Source: Nitrososphaerota archaeon
GTDB lineage: Archaea > Thermoproteota > Nitrososphaeria > Nitrososphaerales > Gagatemarchaeaceae
Assembly (NCBI GenBank): GCA_029785615.1
Contig: JAFLZH010000004.1
Span: forward strand, 20,545-84,544
Direction of reading: 5' to 3'
DNA: 64,000 nt
Below are positions 26,313-36,190 of this stretch, one piece after another. Within the stretch, counting starts at the first letter, position 1; every line of letters starts with the position of its first letter. The notes beneath the pieces are model-generated. The model was not told the origin of the DNA. It worked only from the letters and a program-made list of their open reading frames with translations, and did not search any database. Position numbers and translations under genes: made by a program.

Positions 26313-27485
26313 CTACTCGAGCCCCAGGTCCCTGAAAGTCCCAATCCTGACGTCCTCCGGGACTTGGCCGAGCTCGCCTGTGCGGTGCCCGATGATCCCT
26401 TTGACCCCCACGCGCGTCGCAGACTCGACCAGCCTCTGGGTCACTATCCCGTCGAAGATAAGATACAGGGCCCCGCTGGCGCCCTCCATCTTCTGGACCA
26501 GTTCACTGATGGGAAACCTCCCGACCTCCTGCAGCCCTTGGTCGAGGAGTATCGCCTCGAGCGTACCGTTGAGGTTAGGATATAGTTCTCTGGTCTTCGC
26601 AACTACGGGCTCGTCCGGTTCTTCCGGCTGGGGCGGAGGAGCGCTCTCGACAGGTCTCTGTCTCCTTGGGTTCAGCTGCGCCGCATCGACCTTCTCCGCT
26701 TTCAGCATGTTGATCACGTCTATCGGGGTGAGGTCCTCAACCTCCTTCCCCTGAGGCGCATGGATTACCTTCTCGACGTGCATGACCTGGCCGAGCTCCT
26801 TCTCGATGAGATCCCCTCCCCTGTCGCCGTCCAGGACCGCTATCAGCCTCTTCTTCTTGCCAAGTTCTATTATGGAGTCGGGGATGCTGGTACCTTCGAG
26901 TGCGACCACGTTTTCGATGCCCGCCCTCAGGAACAGGACCACGTCGGCTCTACCTTCGACCAGGTAGATCAGCTCGGAGGAATATACCCCTGGGCCGGCC
27001 GGAAGGTTCTCCAGTCCGTAGTTGATCACCTTCGCCCTCTTTGTGGATTCGGTGACATCCTTGAGGAGGTTCTCCCCTTCGCTGGAGGTCTTGGAACTCC
27101 AGTCCCTTACAATCAGCTTCGCCCTGTCGACAATCTGTTTGCGCTTGACTGCCCTCACGTCTTCGATGTTTCCCACGGTGAAGTGGGCGCTGCATGGTCC
27201 GACCTTGTCCACGCTTTCGACCGCCGCGGCGATGAGAGCAGCTGTACCGATGTCGGTGGACATCGGGATAATCACTTCTCCCCTCGTCCGGTCGTTCTTC
27301 GACTCCAGGTTGATCTCTATCCTGCCGACCTTCCAGCTCTTCTGAAGCTCGTTCAGGTTCATCTCAGGGCCGAAGAGACCCTCGGTCTGGCCGAAGATCG
27401 CCCCGATCACGTCGGCCCTTTCAACGACCCCGTCTACTTCAAACCTCAGTCTGACTAGATACTTTACTATACCTGAATCTGGCAA
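26313..27485 (-). CDS. dnaG: Archaeal DnaG-type primase / exosome-associated Toprim protein
   Basis: The N-terminal IVKYLVRLRFEVDGVVERADVIGAIFGQTEGL block is diagnostic of archaeal DnaG. Toprim motifs LVEGRADVV and AVLDGDRGGDLI. Confidence 0.9.
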   Translation of the reverse strand: MPDSGIVKYLVRLRFEVDGVVERADVIGAIFGQTEGLFGPEMNLNELQKSWKVGRIEINLESKNDRTRGEVIIPMSTDIGTAALIAAAVESVDKVGPCSAHFTVGNIEDVRAVKRKQIVDRAKLIVRDWSSKTSSEGENLLKDVTESTKRAKVINYGLENLPAGPGVYSSELIYLVEGRADVVLFLRAGIENVVALEGTSIPDSIIELGKKKRLIAVLDGDRGGDLIEKELGQVMHVEKVIHAPQGKEVEDLTPIDVINMLKAEKVDAAQLNPRRQRPVESAPPPQPEEPDEPVVAKTRELYPNLNGTLEAILLDQGLQEVGRFPISELVQKMEGASGALYLIFDGIVTQRLVESATRVGVKGIIGHRTGELGQVPEDVRIGTFRDLGLE

Positions 27486-27592
27486 TTTCTTTCTCTCCGA
27501 CCATTGTCTGTTTCACTCGTCCTTAACGGTGTTAATCGTTAATTGGCTCCCACCAAATTTGTCGGGGATATAAACTTCGTGTTTTCTGGTTC

Positions 27593-28144
27593 TCATCGGG
27601 GGGGACGGATGCGTCTTGCCGCGCGCCTCCTCAATGGGCCGAGGGCGCTGCTCCTCTGGGGGCCCTCGGTTTCACGCGGAGGGCCGTCGTGCTCGAGGCG
27701 GGCGCCGCCTGACTCAGAAAATCGCCCCAGGTTCTCGATGTGTAGGAAGACGCCGCGCGACGCCGGCTTGAGCCTTCTCCGCTCGCTTAGCGACGTCTCG
27801 ATGCCTTCATGGACCAGGAGCCTGAGGTACTTCGAAGCGAGGGAGGCGCCTTCCCTGTCCAAGTCTGTAAGGATGACCACCCTCCCCACGCCTCTGAGCG
27901 CTGCGGCGCCACATCTCCCCAAGACTGAAATCATCAAGACTCGTCCCCTGTAGCCGAGCCTCCTCAGGGCCAGGGAGTCCCGCGGCCCTTCCACCAGCAG
28001 CGACCACCCCTCTTCCGACTTGTCGTTGAGGTCGCGTACGAAGTCGGAGAGGAATCGCCCGAAGTCCTCGTACGCCCTCTCGCGTCTCTCACTCAGATTG
28101 TTTTCATCTCTCTTCAGGGAAATGTTGCCCGTCTCTGACAGCAC
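27593..28144 (-). CDS. Stand-alone Toprim-domain protein (RNase M5-like / small primase-like)
   Basis: LLVEGPRDSLALRRLGY ... VVILTDLDREGASLA (Toprim E and DxD). The Arg/Pro-rich C-terminal tail is of doubtful reality. Confidence 0.6.
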   Translation of the reverse strand: MLSETGNISLKRDENNLSERRERAYEDFGRFLSDFVRDLNDKSEEGWSLLVEGPRDSLALRRLGYRGRVLMISVLGRCGAAALRGVGRVVILTDLDREGASLASKYLRLLVHEGIETSLSERRRLKPASRGVFLHIENLGRFSESGGARLEHDGPPRETEGPQRSSALGPLRRRAARRIRPPR

Positions 28145-28318
28145 GGATCATGCCCAGCTTTAAGCGGGGAGCATCACCGAGCCTCTTCAACGGGCAAACG
28201 GCTTCCGTCTGTCGCACGCCTGGGTAAACCATCCGCTCATCAAAGCGTTTCCGCCTTCGCAGGTGGCCGTTTGGCGCGCTTTAGAACGAAAGCCGTCTGC
28301 CCCGGACGAGGTCCATCT

Positions 28319-29953
28319 CTATTTTAGCAGTTCGTAGAGCTTCGACAGGTCAATTTCGAACCCTGACACAGGGACCCCGACTCCGAAGGCGTCGATGGCG
28401 CCGGGCTTGAGCTCCCCGACGTACCCCAGCCCGTGATCCTTCACGGCGATGGACGCGCACCGGCCGGGCGAGAACGCCCAGTGTTCGGCCGCCCGCGTGG
28501 CGACCTCCAGTCCGGCCACCACCCTGCAGGCCGCTTCCAGGTACATCTTCGCCTCTGTGTAAGAGGACTGTGAATGGGCCACCAGGCAGCCGAGGTGCCA
28601 GGATTCTTTGACGCCGTCCCGTGTCCGGGCGTACGTCCTGCCTATCTCGAAGACCCGCTGGGGGTAGTCAGACTTCACATTTCCAGACAGGACCGCCATC
28701 AGGGCGGGGACGAGGGCGTCTCTGAGCATCGAGTGGTCGAGGCTCTTCGGGTTCTGGACCGTCACCATCTCCGAGGATGGCCGCTCGAAATGGTCGTAGA
28801 GGGTTCTCCGGTCGGTCAGCTCGTAGGTCATCGTTTCTATCATTCCCGCCCCAGCCATTACAGTAGACACCGAGTCGAGGAACTCTTCGAATGGGTTGAA
28901 CGCCCCGGGGGCTTTGCTCGGCGGATACACTGGCCCGATGCGGTCGATCCCATAACCCAGGGCTACCTCCTCGGCCACGTCCACCGGGTGGAGCAGGTCG
29001 ACTCTGTACCTGGGTCCCACGGCCTTACTCCCCCTCACGCCCATCCTGCTCCTGGCGAGGCAGGCGAGTATCTCCCGGCGCGGAAGGTCGAGTCCGACGA
29101 CAGAATTAACCAATCCGAGGTCGAGAGGGAGCACGGTCGGGGATAGGTCGGGCGTAGCCCTGGTCTTGTCTGGATACCGCACTGCGACCGTTCCCAGCTT
29201 ACCCCCTGCCTCGGAGAGAGTCGTAGCCAGAATCGCGAGCACGTCGTCCCCTGCCTTCTGGCCGGTGCTCGTGACGTCGACGAACATCCTCTTGGTCTTG
29301 GTCGTCACCCGGGTGGCGTTGCCGTTGATTATCGGTGGGAAAGACATGACCGTCCCTTTCGAGTCGGAGATCACTGGGAAGACGTCGCTGTCTCCGAAGA
29401 CGTGCCCGTAGGCCCTCCCTTCGTAGGTGTCGGACAGGATGGAGCGGATGGAGGACGGCTTGTCGGCGCCCAGGGGCAGGAACTTGAACGTCGACGGAAC
29501 CCCCCGGTAGGATAGCGGGGGCGACACCGCATCGAGGTCGTGAAGCCCGATAGCCACGGTCCTCCGTTTCCGTCCTAGGCCGTTGTGAAGGTCTTCCTGG
29601 AGTGAGATTAACTGTCGGACATCTTCGTCGTCGAGGTCGAGCCCTGTTGCGACGCAGCAGGCGATGTACGGCCTGACCTTAGAGAGTCTCGGGTCGACGG
29701 CGACCTTGATGCCCGTGGGTTTGGTCCGGAACTCGGGGAGCCCCGTCTCCGTCCCGAGCAGCCCCCTGAGGGCGCGCGCGATCCCAAAGTCCGTCCCGAG
29801 GTCAGGCCTGTTGGGGCTATACTCCACACGCACCGACTTGCTGTCCGAGCTCTCTATGTCGAGGCCGATGTACGGGAGGCGGTCAAGGATCTCCTTCCTG
29901 CCGGTCCCTACCATCTTGGTGAAGCGCGTAAGCTCCAGCCTAACTACCGGCAA
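28319..29953 (-). CDS. pheT: Phenylalanyl-tRNA synthetase beta subunit (archaeal type)
   Basis: 544 aa with B3/4 and B5 domain patterns. The start overlaps the pheS end. Confidence 0.9.
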   Translation of the reverse strand: MPVVRLELTRFTKMVGTGRKEILDRLPYIGLDIESSDSKSVRVEYSPNRPDLGTDFGIARALRGLLGTETGLPEFRTKPTGIKVAVDPRLSKVRPYIACCVATGLDLDDEDVRQLISLQEDLHNGLGRKRRTVAIGLHDLDAVSPPLSYRGVPSTFKFLPLGADKPSSIRSILSDTYEGRAYGHVFGDSDVFPVISDSKGTVMSFPPIINGNATRVTTKTKRMFVDVTSTGQKAGDDVLAILATTLSEAGGKLGTVAVRYPDKTRATPDLSPTVLPLDLGLVNSVVGLDLPRREILACLARSRMGVRGSKAVGPRYRVDLLHPVDVAEEVALGYGIDRIGPVYPPSKAPGAFNPFEEFLDSVSTVMAGAGMIETMTYELTDRRTLYDHFERPSSEMVTVQNPKSLDHSMLRDALVPALMAVLSGNVKSDYPQRVFEIGRTYARTRDGVKESWHLGCLVAHSQSSYTEAKMYLEAACRVVAGLEVATRAAEHWAFSPGRCASIAVKDHGLGYVGELKPGAIDAFGVGVPVSGFEIDLSKLYELLK

Positions 29954-31421
29954 GCTCTCCCCTGTTCCTGAGCCATGATAGGTCCGAACCGTACAGGGTG
30001 CGCATGTCCTCCAGGCCGAACCTCATTAGCATCAACCTCTCAATTCCAGGGCCCCAGGCGAGGACCGGAACCTTGACGCCGAGCGGTTGAGTGACCTCGG
30101 GGCGGAACACGCCGGACCCGCCAAGCTCAATCCAGCTCTTGAACGCCTTTGAAAAGCCGACAATCTGCAGGGAGGGCTCGGTGTAAGGGAAGTAGGTGGG
30201 CCAGAGCTTCACGTCAGCCATCCCGAGCTTCTTGTAGAACTCAGCCAGGAACCCCATGAGGTGTCTCACGTTTAGGCCCTTCCCCACCATTATCCCATCC
30301 ATCTGATAGAACTCTGCGAGATGCTTGTAATCCAGGTTTTCATTCCTGTAAACCTTCGACACGGCGAAGACCCTCGTTTCCTTTTCCTGTGACTCGGACA
30401 GCGCCCGCACGGAGAGCACCGTGTTGTGGGTCCTGAGCACCAGTCGCCGCGCCTCCTCGATGCGCCAGCGATATCCCCAGCCCCTGCTCCCGGTCGTCCA
30501 GCCGTCTTCGTGGGCCGAGGCCACCCTAGCCACCACCCCGGAGCGGCTGAGCGTCCTGTCTGCCAGCCCATCCAGGTAGAAGGTGTCCTGCATATCCCTC
30601 CCCGGGTGGTCCTGGGGAATGAACAGGGCGTCGAAGTTCCAGAAGGCTGGATGGACGCTGTCCCCTTGGAGTTCGGTGAAGCCCATTGAGACGTAGACCT
30701 CCCTCACCTCCCTGATGAAGTCGCGGACGGGATGGCGCCGACCCGGGAAATAGCGGGGGGCTTTCGCTTCGACGTCGATGGGGCGCAGCTTTCTGCCTCG
30801 CCATTCTCCGGACGCTAGAATGTTGGGGGTCAGCCTGTCGATGAAATCTTCGCTCTCTGTTGGTGAGGAAGAGCGCCTCCCTTCGTCGGTGATTGCGACG
30901 GTGGTCGTGCGCGTCTCGATGCGCCTGACAATCCCACGTTTCAACAGGTCGGTAACGAGCGCCGACTCTTCTTTGGTGAAATCGCGCTCAGCCTTGCCCG
31001 AGGCGACCGCGCGGACGAGGGAACGTAGGGGTTCTGCCCCCGCGGTGTCGACCAGCCGCACGACAGGCGCCGCCCCCCCTTCCACCGAGATCCAGCCCGA
31101 CCCCCTTGCCCTGCCGAAGGCTGCAGAGAACTCCTCGGGGGACCCGAATTCGCCCCGAAGCTGGCCGATGGTGGCTGGCGCGGTCGACTGACCGACCTTG
31201 CGGAGCAGGTCCAGTTCCGGGGGTTCTCTGACGAGCTCCAACCTTCCTTCCACCGAGCCTCCGATTGTGACGAGCCCCTTCGATGTGAGCCACTGGAGGG
31301 CCCGCCTGACTTGGTCCACGTTCAGCGAAGTGGCTGCGACCAGCGCCTCGAAGGGTGCAGACCCCAGGGGCGCCAGGGCCGAAAGTATCTTTCGTTCGAT
31401 GGGATGGAGAGCGGTCGACAA
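29940..31421 (-). CDS. pheS: Phenylalanyl-tRNA synthetase alpha subunit
   Basis: Class II core motifs (HPGRDMQDTFYL, VFAVSKVYRNE, GGSGVFRPEV ... AWGPGIERL) after N-terminal wHTH repeats. Confidence 0.92.
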   Translation of the reverse strand: MSTALHPIERKILSALAPLGSAPFEALVAATSLNVDQVRRALQWLTSKGLVTIGGSVEGRLELVREPPELDLLRKVGQSTAPATIGQLRGEFGSPEEFSAAFGRARGSGWISVEGGAAPVVRLVDTAGAEPLRSLVRAVASGKAERDFTKEESALVTDLLKRGIVRRIETRTTTVAITDEGRRSSSPTESEDFIDRLTPNILASGEWRGRKLRPIDVEAKAPRYFPGRRHPVRDFIREVREVYVSMGFTELQGDSVHPAFWNFDALFIPQDHPGRDMQDTFYLDGLADRTLSRSGVVARVASAHEDGWTTGSRGWGYRWRIEEARRLVLRTHNTVLSVRALSESQEKETRVFAVSKVYRNENLDYKHLAEFYQMDGIMVGKGLNVRHLMGFLAEFYKKLGMADVKLWPTYFPYTEPSLQIVGFSKAFKSWIELGGSGVFRPEVTQPLGVKVPVLAWGPGIERLMLMRFGLEDMRTLYGSDLSWLRNRGELAGS

Positions 31422-31428
31422 TCTAAAC

Positions 31429-32559
31429 TCACTTCCCCCTGGAGGAGAGGTAGTCTCTGTTCTTGGCCAAGAGTTCCTCCGCGTCCTTCATCAATGAGTC
31501 GCGTTTCCGATGGTGCTCGTCCAAGAACGTCTTGACAGTCACTATCACTTCCTGCTTGCATTCGCCGCACAGGCGTATACCCTTGGTGCATTCGTGGTCG
31601 ACCCTCTGGACATGCTCGTCGTCCTTTGCGAAATGGAACCGGTAGAGGTCGTAGACAGGGCATATGTCGGGCCTTCCTCCGAGCCTTCGCTGCTCTTCGA
31701 CGGTGTCCCTCCCCCCGGTGAAAGCAGCCCTGATGCGCCTAGACGCGTCCGCAGAGGTGTCGTCCAAGGTGAAACCTGATTCGGGGTCCCGCTTTGACAT
31801 CTTCTGGCCCCCGGTGAGGGCCAGTTCGAGCCTGTGGTAGATTGCCGATGGTGGGATGAACCCGAACTCGGAGCGATAGCGATTGGCGATGTCCCGCGAT
31901 AGCCTGATGTGTGGGTCTTGGTCCGCTCCGACCGGGACGAGGACTGGCTTTGGCCCGCCGAACTCCGGGAGCTGGGGCATGAGGATGTCCCCGGCCTGTA
32001 TGAGAGCCGACATGTAGAGCCCCAGCTGGCGTTCGCCGTAGATAGCTTTCATCATGTTGTTCGTCACGGCACGAGAGAAGATAGTCGACATCCTCATCAC
32101 CCTCATCTCCTCGCTCTGCTTGTACACAACCGCACGGTCGGGATCGAGCCCCAGCGCGAGTATGTCGGCCACGTTCCTGACCGCGGTCTTGGACGACTCA
32201 TTGAACGAAAGGCCGTTGTCGGCGTATGCTTCCACGTCAGCTATCGAGTAGTAGACGGTCCCTTTCTTCGAGAGAGACTGGAAATAGACCATGTCGTCGG
32301 CTGTCATCTTGTTCCCCAGATGGAAGACCCCATCGGGTTTGATGCCGCTCATCACGGCGTAGGGTTTGTGGTTGTCGACGGCGTCGAGTACCCTGGCCAG
32401 ATCTCTCTGCCCGAAGTCGATCCCTCTGCTGATATGATGACTCGGCGCCTTGAAACGTGGTACGAGGGGGGCGAGGGGCTCGATCCCGAACTCAGACTGC
32501 AGCCGGGCGTAGTCCTTGATTACGCTCGTGCCCCACGGATCAAGCCTGTCCTTTTCCAC
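31429..32559 (-). CDS. trpS: Tryptophanyl-tRNA synthetase
   Basis: A class I HIGH-like motif (GVFHLGN) and KMSKS (KMSKRDP); 376 aa. Confidence 0.9.
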   Translation of the reverse strand: MEKDRLDPWGTSVIKDYARLQSEFGIEPLAPLVPRFKAPSHHISRGIDFGQRDLARVLDAVDNHKPYAVMSGIKPDGVFHLGNKMTADDMVYFQSLSKKGTVYYSIADVEAYADNGLSFNESSKTAVRNVADILALGLDPDRAVVYKQSEEMRVMRMSTIFSRAVTNNMMKAIYGERQLGLYMSALIQAGDILMPQLPEFGGPKPVLVPVGADQDPHIRLSRDIANRYRSEFGFIPPSAIYHRLELALTGGQKMSKRDPESGFTLDDTSADASRRIRAAFTGGRDTVEEQRRLGGRPDICPVYDLYRFHFAKDDEHVQRVDHECTKGIRLCGECKQEVIVTVKTFLDEHHRKRDSLMKDAEELLAKNRDYLSSRGK

Positions 32560-32589
32560 ATTGACTCGCCTGCAGGCGTTCTGATTTAA

Positions 32590-33090
32590 CTACTCGGGAG
32601 GCGGCTCTTCTACATCCCCCGCGTGTCCCCTCGTGAGACTCCCCTCTGAGTCGATCTCCCCCAGCCTGATCCTGGTGGACGAGATTGGTTTCGAGTCTTC
32701 AGCCAAGACATAGTCTACGACGACCACTTCGAGCGGAGGGTATCCCTTGCCCTCCCTGAGCGCGTTCGCGATGTGCACCCGCTGTGCGGTCTCCCGGCTA
32801 ACGACGATGGCTTCCACCTCCGGAGACTCTATGCCGGGGCCGAAGTAGTCATCGAGCTTCGCAATCAGATAGTCTCTGCCGGGGAACTTCCTCTCGATTA
32901 GCTCCTTCAAGGCGAGGATACGTTCCTCGTAACTCTGGTCGGGGTTCTTGCCTTCCTTCAGCGCGAACGCGTCCGACGTGACCCCTATCACCACGCGATC
33001 ACCCACATCGAAGCTCCTAGAGAGGAGGGCGAGGTGCCCTCGGTGGACGTGATCGAATGTGCCCCCTGTCGCGACTGTCCTGAACTTCAT
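32590..33090 (-). CDS. Cytidylyltransferase-fold protein, probably archaeal phosphopantetheine adenylyltransferase
   Basis: MKFRTVATGGTFDHVHRGHLALL (the (H/T)xGH nucleotidyltransferase motif). I prefer the ATG at 33090 over the tracked 33135 start. Confidence 0.7.
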   Translation of the reverse strand: MKFRTVATGGTFDHVHRGHLALLSRSFDVGDRVVIGVTSDAFALKEGKNPDQSYEERILALKELIERKFPGRDYLIAKLDDYFGPGIESPEVEAIVVSRETAQRVHIANALREGKGYPPLEVVVVDYVLAEDSKPISSTRIRLGEIDSEGSLTRGHAGDVEEPPPE

Positions 33091-33165
33091 GGATGGAGGG
33101 CCGCCCGGCAAATCATTTGAATACCACGTGCACACCTGCTGACCCCGTAACGGAATAAAGGATTT

Positions 33166-34068
33166 GTGAGAGATTTGGGGCTGATTCCGGACGAGTACAG
33201 AAAGTCAGGGAAAATCACCGGCGAGGTGAAGTCGTTGGTGAGATCGGCTGTCAAGCCTGGCGTCGGGTACATCGAAATCTGCGACTTTGTGAAACGGGAA
33301 GTGGAGTCGCGCGGGGGCCGGCTGGCATTTCCTACGGGAATCGGGGTCAACGAGGTGACCGCCCACTACGCCCCCCAGGAGGGAGACGACTCCGTCTTTC
33401 GGGAGGGGGACCTGGTGAAGGTGGATTTCGGGGTCCACGTCGACGGGTATGTCACCGACACTTCGGTGAGCGTCACCTATAACCCGGAATACAACCTCCT
33501 CCTTGAAGCGACTGGGAGGTCCCTGGAGGCAGCCATAGCGACAGCAAGGAGGGACCAGCGAGCGGGCGAGATCGGGAGAGAGATCCACAGGGAAGCGGCC
33601 CGCTTCGGATTCAAGACGATAGAGAACCTAACCGGGCATACCGTGGATAGGTACGTCGTCCACGCCGGGAAGAGCATACCCAACCTGTTCACGCCAGGCG
33701 TGCAGCCTCTCAAGAAAGGAGAGGTGTTCGCCATCGAGCCTTTCCTCACCTTCGGGACCGCGGCAGGCTACGTCGTCGACGGCTCGTCGAAGACGATTTT
33801 CTCGATTGTGGCCAGGAAGAAGACCGGCGTGCCTGAGCTGGATGCGCTAGCTGACATGGTATGGGCCGAGCGCAAGACCCTCCCGTTCACCCCGCGGTGG
33901 TACGCGGCGGAGCTGGGCGCTCGGAAGGTCGCTGGGATGGTCGAACGGCTTGTCGCAAAGAAAATCGTTAGGGCGTACCCGACATTGGTGGAGGCCTCTG
34001 GAAGCCCGGTGGCTCAGTTCGAGCACACGATGGCGCTCGACGAGGGCGGCCTTGTGGTCCTAACCTGA
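33166..34068 (+). CDS. map: Methionine aminopeptidase, type 2 (archaeal)
   Basis: Metal ligands in context: GDLVKVDFGVHVDGYVTDTS, LTGHTVDRY, FAIEPF and QFEHTM. Confidence 0.92.
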   Translation: MRDLGLIPDEYRKSGKITGEVKSLVRSAVKPGVGYIEICDFVKREVESRGGRLAFPTGIGVNEVTAHYAPQEGDDSVFREGDLVKVDFGVHVDGYVTDTSVSVTYNPEYNLLLEATGRSLEAAIATARRDQRAGEIGREIHREAARFGFKTIENLTGHTVDRYVVHAGKSIPNLFTPGVQPLKKGEVFAIEPFLTFGTAAGYVVDGSSKTIFSIVARKKTGVPELDALADMVWAERKTLPFTPRWYAAELGARKVAGMVERLVAKKIVRAYPTLVEASGSPVAQFEHTMALDEGGLVVLT

Positions 34069-34263
34069 TGGTTTCATGCTCTCGGCGTAGACCAAGCCTA
34101 TCCGAGTAGGGTTCCCGCACTTCGCGCATTTCGCTGCCTCCTTTGTCACGTAGTCGCCGACAGCGAACGCGCGTTTGGTCTTCTGTCCACAGGCGGGACA
34201 TTCCTCGATAGTGTAAACCAGCAGCTTCGTCTTCTTGTCTGGCCCCGGAACTGAACTCATCAT
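34060..34263 (-). CDS. Small zinc-ribbon protein
   Basis: 67 aa with CPACG...CAKCG. Its start overlaps the stop of the upstream gene. Confidence 0.5.
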   Translation of the reverse strand: MMSSVPGPDKKTKLLVYTIEECPACGQKTKRAFAVGDYVTKEAAKCAKCGNPTRIGLVYAESMKPSG

Positions 34264-35384
34264 TGCGCTACACCCAGCGTGTTGCCTATTCCGGCGACCA
34301 CCACGTCGTCCCCTTCCTTCGTCTTCTCTTCGATGACCCTGTTCAGCACCTGCGTGACCTTGTCCGCCGCTTCGGCAATCTCCTTCCTCATCACCGTGAT
34401 CGCCTCAAGGAGGCTCTGTTTCACGAGAATGGCATACAGCGGAACCTTGGCCTTGGTGGCTGCCTCTTCAATCTGGAACTTCTCCACCCCGATGCCACCG
34501 ATCGCGGCGCCGACACCTTCCGCTATCTCCCCTGTCTTCTCCCCTTCGAGCTTCAGGGCCGCATCGATCATCACTATGGCGCTCGGTTTGACGCCCATCT
34601 CCGTGACGATCTTCTGGATGGCCACCCCCGGCTGCCCCACGTAGGCCATGGGGCCGTCAGCTTTCAGGACGTAGAGCTTCCGCCCCTTGTACTCGGTAAT
34701 CGCCATCATGGTGTCTTTGGCTACGACGCGCTTTTCGTTCCCGGCCATTAACCTGGAAACCACGACCGGGCCAATCCCGTCCCCGACAGGCTGTCCCAGC
34801 TTGAAAGAGTCGACCGCGTTGAGGAGGGCGTCTGCCTCCTGGATTATCATCGGCATGAGCATCTGCAGCTGGACGAGGGTGAAGTACGAATTGGTCTTCT
34901 TCCCCAGGAGGTAGTAGTGGCGGACGATTTTGTGAATCTGGTTGAGGGAAGTGGCGACCTCTAGCAGGTTCTCGCTGATTGAGACGGTGACCGGATTGTT
35001 CTGGTTGAGCAGTGCGCCAACCTCAGTCCTGACCCTGTCGTTGTTGGTCGTCACTACGTGGTCGATCTTCCCTACGATGCCGGCCGGGTCCATGTCCACG
35101 GGCATGATGGTGACGTAATCGAGGAACTGGTCCACTCTCTGAGTGGGGTCGCTCGGCGCTTTGCCGACGTCCACCAAGTAGTCTATCGCGTCCTTTCTCG
35201 CCTTGTCCTTCATCACCCTGAGCTTGTTGAGACCACGGCTTATCTCGCTCAGGGCCAAGTAGGACTGTATCCTGGTCTGATAGAGGAAGGTGAGCGCGAA
35301 GAATGCAATCCACACGAGGGTGACAAGGTCGGAGACGTTGGCGCCTCCAAACACCTGAAGAATTCCACCCTCAAGAACAGACAT
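34260..35384 (-). CDS. Conserved archaeal membrane-anchored protein (DUF1512-like, assigned from memory)
   Basis: An N-terminal TM helix (LVTLVWIAFFALTFLY) followed by a soluble domain of about 330 aa. No catalytic motif recognised. Confidence 0.5.
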   Translation of the reverse strand: MSVLEGGILQVFGGANVSDLVTLVWIAFFALTFLYQTRIQSYLALSEISRGLNKLRVMKDKARKDAIDYLVDVGKAPSDPTQRVDQFLDYVTIMPVDMDPAGIVGKIDHVVTTNNDRVRTEVGALLNQNNPVTVSISENLLEVATSLNQIHKIVRHYYLLGKKTNSYFTLVQLQMLMPMIIQEADALLNAVDSFKLGQPVGDGIGPVVVSRLMAGNEKRVVAKDTMMAITEYKGRKLYVLKADGPMAYVGQPGVAIQKIVTEMGVKPSAIVMIDAALKLEGEKTGEIAEGVGAAIGGIGVEKFQIEEAATKAKVPLYAILVKQSLLEAITVMRKEIAEAADKVTQVLNRVIEEKTKEGDDVVVAGIGNTLGVAQ

Positions 35385-35665
35385 GAAATTACGAAGTCCG
35401 ACGCCGTAAACCCGGACTTAAATGTTCTGTAGGATATCTTCAATGAAAACTGGGATTTTTAGAAGAAGGCGCCGGCACCTCGGCTTCCCGACTCCTCTCG
35501 GAAGTCAGTAGCACCGGGGCGACGCGCGGTTTGACTGCCAGGATCGGAACGAGTCTGGGTCGGACCCACGCGCTATGGCCGGCTGAAGTGAGGGGTCCCG
35601 CCGCGGTAGATTAACGTTTCCTGGCCCACCAAGCGTTTTTTACATGATTTGAAGCATGCGGGGGG

Positions 35666-35944
35666 ATGCAGAAGAAGCTCCTCGACATACTCGCCTGTCC
35701 CATGGACAAGCACTATCCGCTGGAGATGATCGAGTTCGGCGTCCGGGAGCCCGACGTCGTGGTCGATGGCGTCCTGCTGTGCTCTCAGTGCGGGAGGTAC
35801 TACCCCATCATCGACGAGATTCCGGTCATGCTCCCAGACAACCTGAGAAACAGGAAGGAGGACATGAGCTTCCTCGAGAAATGGAGCGCCAGGCTGCCGG
35901 AGAATGTTGTCCATGGCGGGAAGCCGTGGAGCCTCACTGGCTGA
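35666..35944 (+). CDS. trm112: Trm112-like zinc-finger methyltransferase activator
   Basis: LLDILACPMDK ... LLCSQCGRYYPIIDEIPVMLPD. Confidence 0.8.
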   Translation: MQKKLLDILACPMDKHYPLEMIEFGVREPDVVVDGVLLCSQCGRYYPIIDEIPVMLPDNLRNRKEDMSFLEKWSARLPENVVHGGKPWSLTG

Positions 35945-35990
35945 CCTCGGAAACTCTAAAGGCACCTGCAGTTGGCCCGGCGGTCGTGTT

Positions 35991-36121
35991 GGGGGTATAG
36001 CCCAGCCAGGCAGGGCGACAGGCTCCAGTGACACCAATGGCTGACACGGAAACGTGGATGACTTGACATTGGAGCTGCCTAAGAAACCTGTAGACCGTCG
36101 GTTCAAATCCGACTACCCCCA
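35991..36121 (+). tRNA. tRNA-Trp (anticodon CCA) with a 57-nt intron at the canonical 37/38 position
   Basis: GGGGGTA TA GCCC AGCCAGGCA GGGC G ACAGG CTCCAG[intron 36029-36085]A CCTGT AGACC GTCGG TTCAAAT CCGAC TACCCCC A. Confidence 0.9.
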
Positions 36122-36190
36122 CGCACCAACTCCTAGACTGGGCGTTCATCATGTTACAATTATATAGAGAGTCGGCGGCTGAAGGCAATC

